64,000 nt of DNA from contig OY970340.1 in NCBI GenBank assembly GCA_963717465.1, forward strand, positions 2,880,001 through 2,944,000. Direction: 5' to 3'. Positions 62,362-64,000 of the stretch are shown in pieces. Position numbers and translations under genes: made by a program. The notes beneath the pieces were generated by a model. It was not told where the DNA came from. It did no database searches and saw nothing but the letters and a program-made list of their open reading frames with translations. The DNA is from Candidatus Bathyarchaeota archaeon (GTDB lineage Archaea; Thermoproteota; Bathyarchaeia; Bathyarchaeales; Bathycorpusculaceae). Numbering within the stretch: position 1 is the stretch's first letter; each line of letters opens with the position of its first letter.

Positions 62362-62979
62362 TCAGGTTATTTTTTGTGCGCCAGCTGGCTTTTTTGATGA
62401 GTGATCTTTTGTATTTTTATTGGTGCGTGATTGTTTTGTGAGTTCAAAAAGGGCGTTCAAGTTTCGCAGCGAGAACGGCAGTGGAGCTGACTTGCCTGTA
62501 TGGAACATCAAGGCTTGTGTGGTAAAATCTTTTGGTCGGTGTTCCATTACCATTGATTCTTTTTGCCCTTCATTAAACAATTTTAGGTAATCATCGTAAC
62601 TCTTGTGAACAGACATGATAAACCAGTTATTTCCCGTTAAACCAATGTCCTCAAGGACGCACAACACCTGGGGATATTTTTTAAGCATTGCACGAAATTC
62701 AGAAGGATGAGCGGGGTTTACAGCCTCAGTCGTTGAAGCGAATGTAAATACGATAACGTTTAAGCCTAGCTTATGGAAATCAGGAATTACAGTGTATTCT
62801 TTTACGTAACCTTCCTGCTCCAACTTCCGCCTTCGCCTAGACAATGTCGTATTATTTATCCCAAGAGTTTTTGCAATTTCCCTATCACTTTTGCCGCCTA
62901 GCGCCATCATAGCAAACAAAACTCGTAGTTTTTCCTCAGTCTTTTTGTCTAATGGCCCCCCATTATCAGAACTGCTCAT
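62362..62979 (-). CDS. Lrp/AsnC-family transcriptional regulator
   Basis: SDREIAKTLGINNTTLSRRRRKLEQEGYVKEYTVIPDFHKLG. Confidence 0.85.
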   Translation of the reverse strand: MSSSDNGGPLDKKTEEKLRVLFAMMALGGKSDREIAKTLGINNTTLSRRRRKLEQEGYVKEYTVIPDFHKLGLNVIVFTFASTTEAVNPAHPSEFRAMLKKYPQVLCVLEDIGLTGNNWFIMSVHKSYDDYLKLFNEGQKESMVMEHRPKDFTTQALMFHTGKSAPLPFSLRNLNALFELTKQSRTNKNTKDHSSKKPAGAQKIT

Positions 62980-63159
62980 AAAACGAGATGATATCTTATT
63001 ACAGTTTTAAATTTTTGTATCATTGTTTTTAATCAGAAAATGGGAATCGGTGCAAAAACCAAAAGACATGGGACATAAAGAATTATGCACATAAAAAGTG
63101 AACCTGGGAACATAGCACACCCTCGCCTAATTTGCAAGAACAGCAGATAAGCTAATGAT

Positions 63160-63645
63160 TTAGTTTACACCCAAAATGCCGCTGTAGGGAACATCGCTAC
63201 TATACTCCGCTGGCTGCGATGAGTCTTCAAGTCTGAAGTATCCGAGTTTGAGGACTTTAATGCGCCACTTGCCGTCATTTCCCTTCTCGAAATCATAGAG
63301 GTAGTAGCCATATCCCTTCATGACATCGCCTGTAGGTTTTGTTAAAACATCGTTTAGTACACATCTGCCAACCGCGGTAGTTGGGCTCGTAAGCACGATT
63401 TTATACTGATGTCCCTGATGTGCTGATACTTGATCTTCAAGAGAACCCCGCACGGTTTTGACAAACTCATCTCCGCCCTGACTCATCAGACTACCCATAG
63501 CATAGAACTCCAAATCATTCGTGAATAAACCTCGCCATTTATCCCACTGCTTAGTATCCAGGTACCACCAGTAATCTGCAAGCAGTTCCCTAAGCGCCTC
63601 CTTATCTGCAAGTTCGGCAACTTTTCGACTAAGTTCATCACTCAT
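63160..63645 (-). CDS. NTF2/SnoaL-like protein (scytalone dehydratase/BaiE/LinA-like)
   Basis: LADKEALRELLADYWWYLDTKQW..LFT, SAHQGH, GYY and GKWRIK. Confidence 0.82.
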   Translation of the reverse strand: MSDELSRKVAELADKEALRELLADYWWYLDTKQWDKWRGLFTNDLEFYAMGSLMSQGGDEFVKTVRGSLEDQVSAHQGHQYKIVLTSPTTAVGRCVLNDVLTKPTGDVMKGYGYYLYDFEKGNDGKWRIKVLKLGYFRLEDSSQPAEYSSDVPYSGILGVN

Positions 63646-64000
63646 TTCTTCATTTCTCCATAACTATATTTTTTTTCTGCAATGTTAAGTAGGACAATTT
63701 TTTAGATAAAACTTTCCAGAGTCTAAGGGAAGTTTTATTCCATTTTGTGTCTAAAAATCATATTTTTTTCGATTTTGTAGATTTTTTGTATTTTATTTTT
63801 CTTTTTTGTTTAATGTATCTTTCTTCGCCATTAGTCATGCATAACATCTGCGCGCTGGATAATATGGAGTTGAATTGATACTGCACAATAAAGCTTAAAA
63901 CAATTGTCAAGCACTTTATTAAGTGAATTAAACTTGACCAAGCATAAGGCGTTAAGCGGCAAAGCCGATCAAAATTTGAAGAAGCTCGCGCTTGCTTTAT

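Overview
Archaeal chromosomal window, most likely Bathyarchaeia or a related TACK lineage. This is inferred from a eukaryote-like topoisomerase IB, ribosomal protein S30e, GatDE, Nop5/fibrillarin, Hel308 and a two-intron tRNA-Tyr. Bases 1-44.7 kb are mostly housekeeping: Top1B, a P-type ATPase, an IscS-like/IscU/SufS operon, Hel308, ProC, Trm1, the C/D snoRNP core, RNase HI, a glycolytic cluster with bacterial-type PfkA and class II Fba, PyrI, Rio2, Lsm, GatDE, Elp3 and S30e. A small accessory block follows tRNA-Tyr (TrmB, REC-PAS, a tRNA relic, katG). Bases 45-61.3 kb form a large type IV pilus/surface locus: an assembly ATPase, two TadC-like proteins and six class III signal-peptide proteins, one of them a 984-aa pilin-Ig-repeat fusion. 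The same locus holds a degenerate HerA-like ATPase, an intergenic GGTTYAACTTT repeat array, a membrane-anchored 8-blade beta-propeller and a wHTH/KaiC-like regulatory pair. About a dozen genes, some essential, are split by indels, most likely sequencing or assembly errors. All calls come from motif recognition by eye; no database search was run.
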